A stretch of 64,000 nucleotides of DNA from Ilumatobacteraceae bacterium. GTDB taxonomy: Bacteria > Actinomycetota > Acidimicrobiia > Acidimicrobiales > Ilumatobacteraceae. The notes under the pieces were generated by a model. That model saw nothing but the letters and a program-made list of their open reading frames with translations, had not been told where the DNA came from and ran no database searches. This document shows, piece after piece, positions 9,765 to 19,751 of this stretch. The position numbers and the translations under genes are program-made. The DNA is taken from positions 8,752-72,751 of the forward strand of contig JBIIMF010000001.1 of NCBI GenBank assembly GCA_044338135.1. Reading direction: 5' to 3'. The first letter of the stretch is position 1, and every line of letters starts with the position of its first letter.

Positions 9765-10736
9765 TCAGTCGTCGTGTTGACTGCGTAAGAACTGCTCAAC
9801 TTCTTCCATGAGTGCGTCACTGTCGACTGGCTCATCGGGAAGTGGTCCGCTTAACGGCGGAGCATCATCCATTCCTTCGAAACTCAGTTGATCGGGTGAT
9901 ACGCCGTAGGACGGCATGTCATCGTCTTCGTCGTAATCGTCTTCGTCGTAATCATCGTCGTCATCGCTTCGGTTTTCGAGGCGATCGAGATAGCGCGCCA
10001 TTGATGGATCATTACTGATCAGATCATCAATTTGTTCTTCGTATAGTGCAGCTTGAGCATCGAGCATCATGGTTGGAGCATCGCAACCAACAATTTCGGA
10101 AAGTCGTTCAATGAGGGCCGACGCTGCTTTGGGCGAAGGGATTTGTGCGGCGTATGCGGGAACCGCGGCCCACAGTGATGCAGTTGAAAATCCGGCCGAG
10201 TGTGCAGTGTCATTGAGGACTCCAACAATTCCGGTTGGTCCTTCATAACGACTGCGTTGTAAATCGTGGGCGTCGATCAAGGCTTGATCGGTGGCAGTTC
10301 CGAGGACCTGTGTTTCGTGACGGTGGGGGACATCGGCCAAGAGTGCCCCGAGCGAGATGAAGGTCGATGCGTTGTATTCGCGTGCGACGCCAACTACTTG
10401 TTCACAAAAGAGTTTCCAACGCAACGCTGGTTCGGGCCCGAGCACAAGAATCAGATCGACGTCGTCACTAGTAACACTCCAGAGACTGACGGTGGGCCAC
10501 ACGATGTGCCGTGTTGAATCGCTGTTCAAACGAACATGTGGACGAATGGTTGCAAAGTCAGTGAATTCTTCAGGGTTGATTTCAGCGAGAGGTGCTGCGC
10601 CTAAATTCTCAACGAGGTGTTTAACAGCAGTGCTCGCGGCGTCGGCAGCATCGTTCCAGCCAGTGAAGGCGGCGATGACATGGGGCCGACGCAGTTCAGG
10701 TCGGCGGATCCATCGGACGTGCTCGAGATCAGCCAT
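9765..10736 (-). CDS. PAC2 (proteasome assembly chaperone 2-like) family protein with acidic tail
   Basis: N-terminal HVIAAFTGWNDAADAAS and overall similarity to actinobacterial PAC2-family proteins. C-terminal DDDDDYDEDDYDEDDD encoded by an 18-nt repeat. Confidence 0.7.
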   Translation of the reverse strand: MADLEHVRWIRRPELRRPHVIAAFTGWNDAADAASTAVKHLVENLGAAPLAEINPEEFTDFATIRPHVRLNSDSTRHIVWPTVSLWSVTSDDVDLILVLGPEPALRWKLFCEQVVGVAREYNASTFISLGALLADVPHRHETQVLGTATDQALIDAHDLQRSRYEGPTGIVGVLNDTAHSAGFSTASLWAAVPAYAAQIPSPKAASALIERLSEIVGCDAPTMMLDAQAALYEEQIDDLISNDPSMARYLDRLENRSDDDDDYDEDDYDEDDDMPSYGVSPDQLSFEGMDDAPPLSGPLPDEPVDSDALMEEVEQFLRSQHDD

Positions 10737-10814
10737 TGCCCCTAACGCTACCGTCCAAATGTGGGTCCGAAATGAGTTGGCTCACACCACTTTTGACCGA
10801 AATCCCCGTTGCTT

Positions 10815-11897
10815 TTAGAGGCGTGGTCGGATAATGAATTGACCAAATCCGCCCTCGCCAGTGACCTCATCAACGAGGTTGCTGTCGTACACCTCATTGG
10901 GTCCCTGCATGAGGTCGTACTCGGTTGCGCCAGCAGGCGTTGTCACCAAAGTCCAGGCTTGGCGCTTATAGGTCAAGTTCTGTGGGTGCAGTCGATGCGC
11001 TTCTTTCCACCACTTCACTGCCGTCTCGTTCTCGCCAGTGCGATGGAAGTATTCGCCAAGTTCGAAACATGCCGTGGCACGAGCCTCGTTATCAGATCGT
11101 GGTTGGCTGCGTGCGATGACTTCATCGGGAGTCAAGGCGAATGCGGAAGTCGAACCTTTTTGTACCCAGTCTAAAATGGCCTCACGGTAGGCCTCGCCGT
11201 CATCGGGAATCGCTTTAACGGCGTGCATCATTTTGTTGAGTTGTTCAGGAAGGCCCTCGGGTATTTCCATGTCGCGCAAAGGACTTCGTTCGATGGAAGC
11301 ACCTTCGGCTGGACGTACCAAGTTTCCGTCTTCATCAATCCAAGCAGCCATCGGGATATTGGTGAATCCAAAAAGCGAATTGGTGATGTGGAGAGTGTCA
11401 ACCAAACTTGGGTGATTTGGATTGGCGAGATCGTTCCAAGGTTTTGCTAAAGCAGGATCGATATCAAGGGCAACGGTGACAACAGTTGCGCCGAACTTGG
11501 CGATTTCTTCGTTAAGTGCTTGCCACCCGGGCAAGCTAGAGCGACAGCCTCAATAACTAGACCACGCGACAAGGACTACTTTCTTGCCGCGAAGTGATGA
11601 GAGCTTGAATGGTGTTCCGTCAAAAGTTTTTAACTCGGGGTCGGCTGCAACTGCAGTACTGAGCGACTTGCCCGACAAGGTTGCTGAGCCGAGCGCCCAT
11701 ACGCCATGTTCGATGTCTTGGACAATCGGCATGCCTAACTTTTGCGCTGCAACCGCGACATCAATCATTCCGTCAGATGACAACGCACCTGGGGCGGGGA
11801 CACAGACTTCGCCTCGGCAGAGTCCTTCGGGCTTTGGATACCAGTCGGTTGCATGGGCGAATGCTTCAGCGGTTGTGCGAAGTTCGGTCAAGATCAT
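10815..11897 (-). CDS. ResA/TlpA-like thioredoxin-fold protein with in-frame TGA (candidate selenocysteine) at the redox motif; alternatively a pseudogene
   Basis: ORFs 11550..11897 and 10815..11534 share a frame and are separated only by the TGA at 11550-11552. Read-through gives ...KKVVLVAWSSY-U-GCRSSLPGWQALNEE..., and the thioredoxin-fold continues downstream (VVTVALD, IPMAAWIDEDGNLVRP). The 'M' of the second ORF is an in-frame TTG. Confidence 0.55.
11518..11536 (-). promoter_or_regulatory. Candidate bacterial SECIS stem-loop
   Basis: The mRNA can fold GCUUGCC-CGGGU-GGCAAGC (7-bp stem, 5-nt loop containing G and U). The stem starts 13 nt and the loop 20 nt after the UGA at 11552-11550. 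Confidence 0.35.
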
Positions 11898-11935
11898 GAG
11901 TTCAGTATGTCACGACGTATGAGCGACGTGAGTAC

Positions 11936-13261
11936 TTAGCCAAGACTGCGTACTTTCAGGGCATGAGCCTTCTCGTGAAACTTGGCCCTGATCAGGTCTT
12001 CGTCGACGCCGAGCACCCGGCCGTTCTCCATAATGAATTGACCGTTCACGATGGTGTGTCGAACATCGTCAGCACGTGTCGAATACACCAGTGCCGACAT
12101 GGGGTCATACACGGGCTGGGCATGGGCAGTATCAAGATTGACCACGATCACATCGGCCTTCGCGCCAACTTCAAGTCGCCCAGTGTCGGGACGATTCATC
12201 GCGAGAGCACCTTGGTATGTGGACATTTCTAAAAGTTCGTTGATTTTCAAGAATTCAACATCGCCGGTATTGGTCTTATGGATCAACCCAGCGAATTTCA
12301 TTTCTTGGAACATGTCACTCGCATTGTGACTCGCTGGTCCATCGGTTGCGAGACCAACGGTGATGCCCGCTTCGCGAACTTGGCGGAGCGGCATGGTGCC
12401 CGAACCTAACTTGGCATTGCAGACGGGACAGTGGCCGATCTTTGTTCCGGTTTCGGCCAACAGTTTGATATCGGTGGCATCAAGTTGCGAGCAATGTCCA
12501 GCAGTGACATCGGGGCCAAGGAAACCAAGTGAGTGCAACCACTGGACCGGACGAAGACCGTAGGTCTCAAGGCAATATTCAACTTCTTGCATACCTTCGG
12601 ATAAGTGCGTGTGGATAGGTACTTGATGCGCGTCAGCAACTTCACGACAAAGTTTCCACATTTCGACTCCACATGAATAAACCGCATGAGGTGACAATGC
12701 TATTCGCAAAAGATCATCGCGGGTTTTGTGATGTTGGGCTGCAAGATTGCCAAAGTTGTTGATGGTTTTCCACGAGTAATCAGTAATTGATGCGTAGAGG
12801 CCACGATCGGCGAACCCGTATCCGAGTGTTGCGCGAAGTGGGATCTCTTTGAGTGCTTCAATTTGTGGTTCAACAGCGTACGCATCGAAATGTTCATTGA
12901 ACGAAGTAATACCCGAACGGGCCATCTCAACGAGACCACACATGCTTGCCCAGTAGAGGGTTTCTTCATCAAAGTTCTGTTTGAGCTTCCACATGGTTTG
13001 CAACCATTCGAAAAGCAAAACGTCTTCGAGTAAACCACGCAAGAGCAGATTTGAAGCAATGTGGGTATGGCTGTTGCAGAAGCCTGGCATGACTGCGCAG
13101 TTGCGAGCATCGATGACTTTTCTTGCTCCACTGATATCAACTTGATCGGCAGAACCAACTGCAGTGATGGCATTGCCCGACATGGTGATGACACCGTTGT
13201 TGATCACAGGCTTCCCCGCCATGGGGAGCACAGTTCCATTGATAATCGCGATATCAGTCAT
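11936..13261 (-). CDS. Amidohydrolase (ATZ/TRZ, MTA/SAH or guanine deaminase-like metal-dependent hydrolase)
   Basis: Metal ligand motifs NSHTHIASN, HTHLSEG, GHC and ATDG in the order typical of this superfamily. Confidence 0.8.
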   Translation of the reverse strand: MTDIAIINGTVLPMAGKPVINNGVITMSGNAITAVGSADQVDISGARKVIDARNCAVMPGFCNSHTHIASNLLLRGLLEDVLLFEWLQTMWKLKQNFDEETLYWASMCGLVEMARSGITSFNEHFDAYAVEPQIEALKEIPLRATLGYGFADRGLYASITDYSWKTINNFGNLAAQHHKTRDDLLRIALSPHAVYSCGVEMWKLCREVADAHQVPIHTHLSEGMQEVEYCLETYGLRPVQWLHSLGFLGPDVTAGHCSQLDATDIKLLAETGTKIGHCPVCNAKLGSGTMPLRQVREAGITVGLATDGPASHNASDMFQEMKFAGLIHKTNTGDVEFLKINELLEMSTYQGALAMNRPDTGRLEVGAKADVIVVNLDTAHAQPVYDPMSALVYSTRADDVRHTIVNGQFIMENGRVLGVDEDLIRAKFHEKAHALKVRSLG

Positions 13262-13288
13262 ACGAGCATTCTTACTGCTCGCACCGGT

Positions 13289-14191
13289 TCAACGACGGCT
13301 TGCAGCCTCGGCCAACTCGTGTGGTCCAGAACTTGGGTAGCCCTTGAAGTTTCGAACAAATTCTGACCAAGGTGACAGCGTGGCAATCAGCAAGTCAAAA
13401 TCTGCGCCGATCTTTGAGATGACGGTGCGCATCTGTTCGTCGGTATTGACCTCAACTTGCTCACGCAGATTTCGTCCAGCCTCGGTGAATGCTCCGTCGT
13501 TGATAAGTCCGCGCGATTCGAGGCGTTCGATAGCTGCTGCGTAATTATCCTCGCTCCATGCTCGCGTGCGACTATACGACTTGAGGGGGAGTCCCCAAAA
13601 GAGTTCAGTCAGCAAACCAATTTCGGTGGCATCAAGGCCAGCAGAAATCCACGCCGCGGTATGCGAGTCGCCGCGGTATTCGCGCAACATGTCGCCGAAG
13701 TGCCACACCGCGCCGAGGTCGGTATCGGGAATTGATTGGCTCAGTGCTCCTGCGAAAAGTGCTCGTCCTTCAGGTCGCAAAACTTCAACCGCGCGTTCAA
13801 GAATCGGGCGAATTCTGGTGACTCCACCAGGCTTGGCTCCGAGGATTCGTTCAAGTTGAGCGATAGCTCCGTTTCGACGAGCGGCGCAAACGGTTTTCGC
13901 ATCGGTAATCTGCCAACCCGCAGTAACTGCCGGGACAACGACAAGTGGATTAAAAACTGCGAACGCTGCTGCGACTACCTCGCCCGGAACTTGGCCCATC
14001 AACGAACCGCGGCTCGTGAAGTAAGCGACGGTTTCGGGAAGTGCAACACCGTTCATGTCGCCAGGGCTTGGTTGAAAGCCGAGGGCTACATAGTTGGCGT
14101 GACATTCGGGCGAAAAATAGACCTGTCCAATGACGGGTTCAAGCGCCCCGCCGAGTGCACGAGCCTTGTTTGAGAGTTCACGTGAATCCAT
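13289..14191 (-). CDS. Conserved actinobacterial hypothetical protein (possibly SCO6745-like)
   Basis: The N-terminal LEPVIGQVYFSPEC...YFTSRGSLMG pattern resembles what I recall of the SCO6745 family. Unverified. Confidence 0.4.
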   Translation of the reverse strand: MDSRELSNKARALGGALEPVIGQVYFSPECHANYVALGFQPSPGDMNGVALPETVAYFTSRGSLMGQVPGEVVAAAFAVFNPLVVVPAVTAGWQITDAKTVCAARRNGAIAQLERILGAKPGGVTRIRPILERAVEVLRPEGRALFAGALSQSIPDTDLGAVWHFGDMLREYRGDSHTAAWISAGLDATEIGLLTELFWGLPLKSYSRTRAWSEDNYAAAIERLESRGLINDGAFTEAGRNLREQVEVNTDEQMRTVISKIGADFDLLIATLSPWSEFVRNFKGYPSSGPHELAEAASRR

Positions 14192-14230
14192 GGGCTAACC
14201 GTAGAACGCAAGCAACCTAGACTCATTATC

Positions 14231-14665
14231 GTGAGCGTTCAGATTGAAATATGTGAAGTAGTTGACGAAGCGGTTGTGCAGGCTTTTGCGATGCTGATCC
14301 CGCAACTGTCGAAATCGAACCCTCCTCCGAGTCGTTCAGAATTAGAGGCATTGGTGAAGTCTGATGCTTCATCGTTGTTCTTGGCAAAACTCGAGGGCCG
14401 TATTGTTGGCTCGCTCACTCTTGCGATGTTCCGAATTCCAACTGGAGTTCGTGCCTGGATTGAAGATGTGGTCGTTGACGATTCGGCTCGCGGTCATGGT
14501 GCGGGTGAAGCCCTCAACCGAGCAGCGCTTGATTTCGCAAAAGCCAATGGAGCAATCACAGTTGATCTCACGTCGCGTCCATCTCGCGAGGCTGCAAATC
14601 GTTTGTACCAGCGCATGGGCTTTAAACTTCGTGAGTCAAACCTTTATCGCTACGAATTGGAATAA
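14231..14665 (+). CDS. GNAT family N-acetyltransferase
   Basis: Acetyl-CoA binding motif VVVDDSARGHGAGEAL...ANRLYQRMGF. Confidence 0.85.
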   Translation: MSVQIEICEVVDEAVVQAFAMLIPQLSKSNPPPSRSELEALVKSDASSLFLAKLEGRIVGSLTLAMFRIPTGVRAWIEDVVVDDSARGHGAGEALNRAALDFAKANGAITVDLTSRPSREAANRLYQRMGFKLRESNLYRYELE

Positions 14666-14876
14666 TGACTTGCCTGAGTTGCAGGTCGGCGGGGAACAAG
14701 CAAGCACTGGCTGTATGGAAGTTCAACAGACTCTGGCCAACTTTTGGGCGTAAAAACTGAGAACTGACCCTGTAGATAAGGTCCACATGGGAGCAAATTC
14801 TCTGTCGTAAGTTGGTAATTTCTCTCTACTCTTGCAAGGATAGACCTGCATTCAATCGAGATAGGGAAATCCAGCC

Positions 14877-16661
14877 ATGGGGAATAACAACGACAAAAAA
14901 CTTTCGTTGGAACAGGCGAGAGAAAAGTATCGCATCGAACGTGAAAAGCGCTTGCGTGCCGATGGCATCCGTCAATACAAAGAACTCAAAGGCGATTACG
15001 AAGAGTTTGACCGTGATCCCTACGTTGAACCCGGGTTTACGCGCGATGCCGTGACTGAAGATGTCGATGTTGTCATCGTTGGTGGTGGCTTTGGCGGAAT
15101 GATTGAAGCAGCCAACTTGACGAAAGCCGGAATTACCAATTTCCGCATCATCGAAAAAGCGGGCGACTTCGGCGGCACCTGGTATTGGAACAGGTATCCG
15201 AATGCTGCATGTGATGTTGAGTCATATGTGTATCTGCCTCTGCTCGAAGACACGGGATACATGCCAACCGAAAAGTACGCGAAGGCTCCTGAGATTTTTG
15301 CTTATTGCCAATTGCTTGGTCGCACCTTTGATTTGTATCGGGGCGCACTCTTCCAGACTGAAGTCGAAGACATGCGGTGGGACGAATCAAGGAAGCGATG
15401 GGACGTGATGACCTCACGTCAAGACGTACTCTCGGCCAAGTTCATCGTGATTGCTGGTGGAGTGCTTCATAAAGCGAAGTTGCCTGGCATCCCCGGCATC
15501 GAAACATATGCAGGACGTGCGTTCCATACCAGTCGCTGGGATTACAGCTACACCGGTGGAAGTTCGCAGACGTTGATGGAGAAGCTTGCTGATAAGCGAG
15601 TGGGCATTATCGGAACTGGTGCAACAGCAGTACAGGTTGTTCCGAAACTGGCTGAAGCCGCGAAAGAACTTTTCGTCTTCCAGCGCACTGCCGCATGTGT
15701 GGGTGTGCGAAACAACAAACCAACCGATTTCGAGTGGTTCAAGTCATTGAAGCCAGGCTGGCAAGCCGAGCGCATGCGTAACTTCACTCAAGCTGTAACT
15801 GGTGCACAACCTGCAGTCGACTTGATTGACGACGAGTGGACCAAGATGAACTGGGTTGACACTCGCAAGTTGCCTGAGAACGATGAAGAAGCGCTCGAAC
15901 TCGAACGTATCGACTTTGAAAATATGGAACGAGTTCGTCAACGTATTGCTGATGTGATTACCGATCCGGCTACTGCCGAATTGATGATGCCGTGGTACTC
16001 GCAAAGTTGTAAGCGTCCATGTTTCCATGATGAGTACTTGCCAGCTTTCAATCGCCCGAATGTTCATTTGATCGATACAGATGGAAAGGGCGTCAATGAA
16101 ATCAATGAAACTGGCGTCATTGTCAACGGCGTTGAGTACCCCGTTGACCTTTTGATCTTCGCATCAGGCTTTGAAGTCACGACCGACTACACGCATCGTT
16201 TGGGCTTTGATCCCAAGGGTCGCGATGGTGTGTCGTTGAGCAAGGCTTGGGCAGAAGGCCCAGCAACCTTGCACGGGGTGCTGTCAAATGGTTTCCCGAA
16301 TATGTTCATGATCTCGACAGTGCAAGGCGCACAGGCGACCAACTTTGTTCACTCAATTAGTGAAACCGCGCAGCATGTAGCGTTCTTGATCGAACAATGC
16401 GTCAAGGGCAATTACGCAACGATTGAACCAGAAACCTCAGCACAAGAAAATTGGTTCGAGACCTTGTTCGCTCAGCTATGGGGAATTGCTCGTTACAACG
16501 CGACCTGCACACCTGGCTATCTCAACAGCGAAGGTGGCGGAGACATGCGTTCGGCGCGTGCAATCGCATGGATGACGAGTGTGTTGGGATTCGCGGAGTA
16601 CGTGGAAAATTGGCGAAAGCAAGGCGACCTTGCTGGACTAGTGCTTACACCGAGCGCTTGA
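14877..16661 (+). CDS. Baeyer-Villiger (flavin-containing) monooxygenase
   Basis: FAD motif [25 protein letters not shown] fingerprint FHTSRWD and second Rossmann motif [11 protein letters not shown]. Confidence 0.85.
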   Translation: MGNNNDKKLSLEQAREKYRIEREKRLRADGIRQYKELKGDYEEFDRDPYVEPGFTRDAVTEDVDVVIVGGGFGGMIEAANLTKAGITNFRIIEKAGDFGGTWYWNRYPNAACDVESYVYLPLLEDTGYMPTEKYAKAPEIFAYCQLLGRTFDLYRGALFQTEVEDMRWDESRKRWDVMTSRQDVLSAKFIVIAGGVLHKAKLPGIPGIETYAGRAFHTSRWDYSYTGGSSQTLMEKLADKRVGIIGTGATAVQVVPKLAEAAKELFVFQRTAACVGVRNNKPTDFEWFKSLKPGWQAERMRNFTQAVTGAQPAVDLIDDEWTKMNWVDTRKLPENDEEALELERIDFENMERVRQRIADVITDPATAELMMPWYSQSCKRPCFHDEYLPAFNRPNVHLIDTDGKGVNEINETGVIVNGVEYPVDLLIFASGFEVTTDYTHRLGFDPKGRDGVSLSKAWAEGPATLHGVLSNGFPNMFMISTVQGAQATNFVHSISETAQHVAFLIEQCVKGNYATIEPETSAQENWFETLFAQLWGIARYNATCTPGYLNSEGGGDMRSARAIAWMTSVLGFAEYVENWRKQGDLAGLVLTPSA

Positions 16662-16692
16662 CGCGCTAAGAAATTGTGTCTACAATGATTGC

Positions 16693-16968
16693 ATGAATGT
16701 AGCCACAATTGAAGTAGGGGTTCGAGACCTCAAAAATAATCTGAGCCGGTACTTGGAGAGAGTAAAACTGGGGGACTTGATAGTGGTCACCGATCACGGT
16801 CGGCCCGTCGCCCATTTAATTTCGGTTGACAAGGGCGTCGACAAAATGAGTGACTTGGTCGCAGCTGGAATCATCCATGCGCCAAAAAGTCGAGTTCGCG
16901 AACTTCCAAAGCGGAGAATTCAATCCAAAGGCAGTGTCAGCGAATTAGTCATTGCAGAACGTCGTTGA
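16693..16968 (+). CDS. Type II antitoxin (Phd/YefM-like)
   Basis: VGVRDLKNNLSRYLERV...VVTDHGRPVAHLIS. Overlaps the downstream PIN gene by 4 nt. Confidence 0.75.
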   Translation: MNVATIEVGVRDLKNNLSRYLERVKLGDLIVVTDHGRPVAHLISVDKGVDKMSDLVAAGIIHAPKSRVRELPKRRIQSKGSVSELVIAERR

Positions 16969-17375
16969 TTACGTATTTTGATACTTCGCTATTTGTCAAG
17001 TTGATCATTGAAGAAAATGGTTCAGAACAAGCTGAAGAAATCTGGGACGTCTCGTCAACCTTAGGTTCGTCGATGGTGTTGTACGTTGAGTCAAGGGCCG
17101 CATTGGCTGCTGCAAAAAGACGAGGGCGGATTAATGATGCAAACTTGGTGAAAGCAAAGTCAATACTTGAAGGCCTTCATTCTCAACTTTATGTAGTTGA
17201 GGTAACTTCAAAACTTGTCAAGATGGCATCCGAATTGGCTGAAGAGTTTTCCCTCCGCGGATATGACTCGGTCCACCTGGCCTCAGCCATATTCATGAAG
17301 GCTGATGTTTTTGCCAGTTCTGATGCGACCTTATGCGCAGCCGCGCAAGCAAATGGATTTCATATCATTTTATGA
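16965..17375 (+). CDS. vapC: Type II toxin VapC (PIN domain)
   Basis: N-terminal YFDTS acidic motif, SRAALAAA, YDSVHLASA and a C-terminal SSD. Paired with the upstream antitoxin. Confidence 0.8.
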   Translation: MITYFDTSLFVKLIIEENGSEQAEEIWDVSSTLGSSMVLYVESRAALAAAKRRGRINDANLVKAKSILEGLHSQLYVVEVTSKLVKMASELAEEFSLRGYDSVHLASAIFMKADVFASSDATLCAAAQANGFHIIL

Positions 17376-18640
17376 TCATTAGAATTTGCTGCTTTGGTGC
17401 CGATAAAAATTGCGATGGCACCGATTGAAATGAAAGTAAAGATGATGATTGCCAGCGGTCGGACGGTCCCGTCGAACTGACTTGTTGCAAGGCTGCCTAA
17501 GAGGGCTGCGCCAGCAGTCGAAATCGTTGCGATGATTGATGACGCCGTTCCAGCGATATGCGGTACGGGCATCATGGCTGCCGTGTTGCAATTGGGCACG
17601 AGACCTTGTGCAATCGGTACGACGAGTGCGAGAGCAATAAAGAAAAGCCAAAAATTTGGACGCCCTTGACTCGTCATTGAAATCACGACAAGCAACAATG
17701 ATGTACCCACGCCAACAAGCGCACTTTGGCGCACGAGCTTGTTGATTCCCATTCGCTGGACGATGCGAGCGTTATTCAACGAGTTGACGGCGAGCAAAAC
17801 GGCCAAGGTTCCGAAAATCAACGGGAACCACGAGCCATATCCGTAAACATCTTCGACGATGACTTCTGATCCAGATAGGTATGTCGTCATCACTGCGAAG
17901 AGAAAGGTCATGGCAACAATGAAACTCAGGGTTGCTCGATGGGTGAGAACTTCGCGGCCAGCTTGACCCACCGCGCTCCAAGTAAAGGGTCGACGCTTAT
18001 CAAGGGCCAACGTTTCGGGAAGCCGACGCGACCAAATCATCAATATCAACGCGACACCTGCGGGTACCCAGAAAACGATGCGCCACGGAGCAATGTTGAT
18101 TAAGCCGGCGCCAATGCTTGGCGCCAGAATCGGTACGAGCAAGAAGACAGCAACCATGCGCGACATCAACTGCGCCATCGCAGATCCTTCATAGCGATCA
18201 CGAATCATTGCTGTACTGAGAGCGCGGGGAGCGGCGGTACCGAGTCCCCAAATAAATCGTGCCGCAATGACCCAACCCCACGATGGCGCAACACTGGCAA
18301 GAAGCGCACCAACGATAAACAACGTGAGACCGGCGAAGAGTGGAGCACGTCGTCCATAGCGATCGGATGCTGGTCCGTACAGCCAAGGCCCAACTGCTAG
18401 CCCGAGAAAATAGGAAGTAACGATCCAACTCACTTGCGTGGAGTCGGGTGACATACCGAATTCTTGGCGCATTTCGGGGAATGCCGGAAGCATGAGGTCA
18501 ATTGATAAAGCAGCGCTCGCCATGAGGCAGGTAAGCAAGATGATGAACTCGCGTCCTGTGGCAACTTTGCGGTCAGGAGCACCCTGTTGTTTCATCATTC
18601 GTCGAAGAGAATTTTGCAGGGCTAGCAGAGGCACTGTCAC
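17360..18640 (-). CDS. MFS transporter (Bcr/CflA-type drug efflux-like)
   Basis: About 12 predicted TM helices and the MFS loop motif GPASDRYGRR. The start may be the internal MMKQQG (about 18598). Confidence 0.8.
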   Translation of the reverse strand: MTVPLLALQNSLRRMMKQQGAPDRKVATGREFIILLTCLMASAALSIDLMLPAFPEMRQEFGMSPDSTQVSWIVTSYFLGLAVGPWLYGPASDRYGRRAPLFAGLTLFIVGALLASVAPSWGWVIAARFIWGLGTAAPRALSTAMIRDRYEGSAMAQLMSRMVAVFLLVPILAPSIGAGLINIAPWRIVFWVPAGVALILMIWSRRLPETLALDKRRPFTWSAVGQAGREVLTHRATLSFIVAMTFLFAVMTTYLSGSEVIVEDVYGYGSWFPLIFGTLAVLLAVNSLNNARIVQRMGINKLVRQSALVGVGTSLLLVVISMTSQGRPNFWLFFIALALVVPIAQGLVPNCNTAAMMPVPHIAGTASSIIATISTAGAALLGSLATSQFDGTVRPLAIIIFTFISIGAIAIFIGTKAANSNDHKMI

Positions 18641-18800
18641 ACGATAGGTGACGTCACCCTACGAAAGCGTTAGGGGACACGTCGCGAAGTAGCGACAGCA
18701 CTTTGTCTAAGGACAGACTTCGTCCATATTGAGTGACGAGAGACCAAAGAAATTTTGATGATCAGGAATAATTGTTGCCGTTGTAAATGTTGAATGTGGC

Positions 18801-19751
18801 ATGCCCGCAATTACCGCCGACACTTTGACTTTGCCCCGTATCGCTGCTCCGACGACTGGCCATTCACGCCCAGTGATTTCAGTGACAACTGCCCCGAGTG
18901 GACACGAGGGTGAAGGGTTCCCGGTACGTCGAGCATTCGCAGGTGTGAGTCGCGAGATTCTTGATCCATTTATACATATGGACCAGATGGGTGAAGTGAA
19001 CTACGCACCATACGAGCCACGTGGGACTGACTGGCATCCTCACCGTGGGTTCGAAACGGTGACGTACATCATGGATGGAATTTTTGTTCATCAAGATTCA
19101 CACGGCGGCGGCGGAGTGATTGCCGATGGTGCAACACAATGGATGACCGCAGGTAGTGGAATCTTGCACATCGAAACTCCGCCAGAAAAACTAGTGATCG
19201 CGGGTGGACTTTTTCACGGCGTACAGTTGTGGGTCAATTTGCCAAGTCACAAAAAGATGATTTCGCCGGCCTACCAAAATCTCGAAGGTGACATGGTGAC
19301 TTTGGTGTCATCGCCCGATGGTGGTGCCCTCATTCGAATCATTGCTGGCTCCATCGGCGAATTTCATGGACCAGGGTCAACTCAAACTCCGATAGTCGTT
19401 TCTCACGTGACAGTGGCACCAGGGGCACGTGTTGAGTTGCCATGGAATCCTGAATTCAATGCGTTGGCTTATGTTTTGGCTGGCTCAGGTTCGGTGAGCG
19501 ATGAGCGTCGGCCGTTACGCCTCGGACAATTGGCAGTATTCGGAAGTGGCGACTCAATTTCTTTCCAAGCCGATGATGATTCAACTTTTGAAGTTCTTTT
19601 ACTGGGTGGTCAACCAATTCGCGAGCCGATTGTTGCATATGGTCCGTTCGTGATGAATACCGAAAATGAAATTCGTCAAGCTTTTGATGATTATCAGAGT
19701 GGTCGCCTCGGAACAGTTCCGGTTGGCGGCATACGTCCCTTTAGGGGCTAG
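18801..19751 (+). CDS. Pirin family protein
   Basis: Cupin metal motif HPHRGFETVTYIMDG and bicupin length. Confidence 0.9.
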   Translation: MPAITADTLTLPRIAAPTTGHSRPVISVTTAPSGHEGEGFPVRRAFAGVSREILDPFIHMDQMGEVNYAPYEPRGTDWHPHRGFETVTYIMDGIFVHQDSHGGGGVIADGATQWMTAGSGILHIETPPEKLVIAGGLFHGVQLWVNLPSHKKMISPAYQNLEGDMVTLVSSPDGGALIRIIAGSIGEFHGPGSTQTPIVVSHVTVAPGARVELPWNPEFNALAYVLAGSGSVSDERRPLRLGQLAVFGSGDSISFQADDDSTFEVLLLGGQPIREPIVAYGPFVMNTENEIRQAFDDYQSGRLGTVPVGGIRPFRG

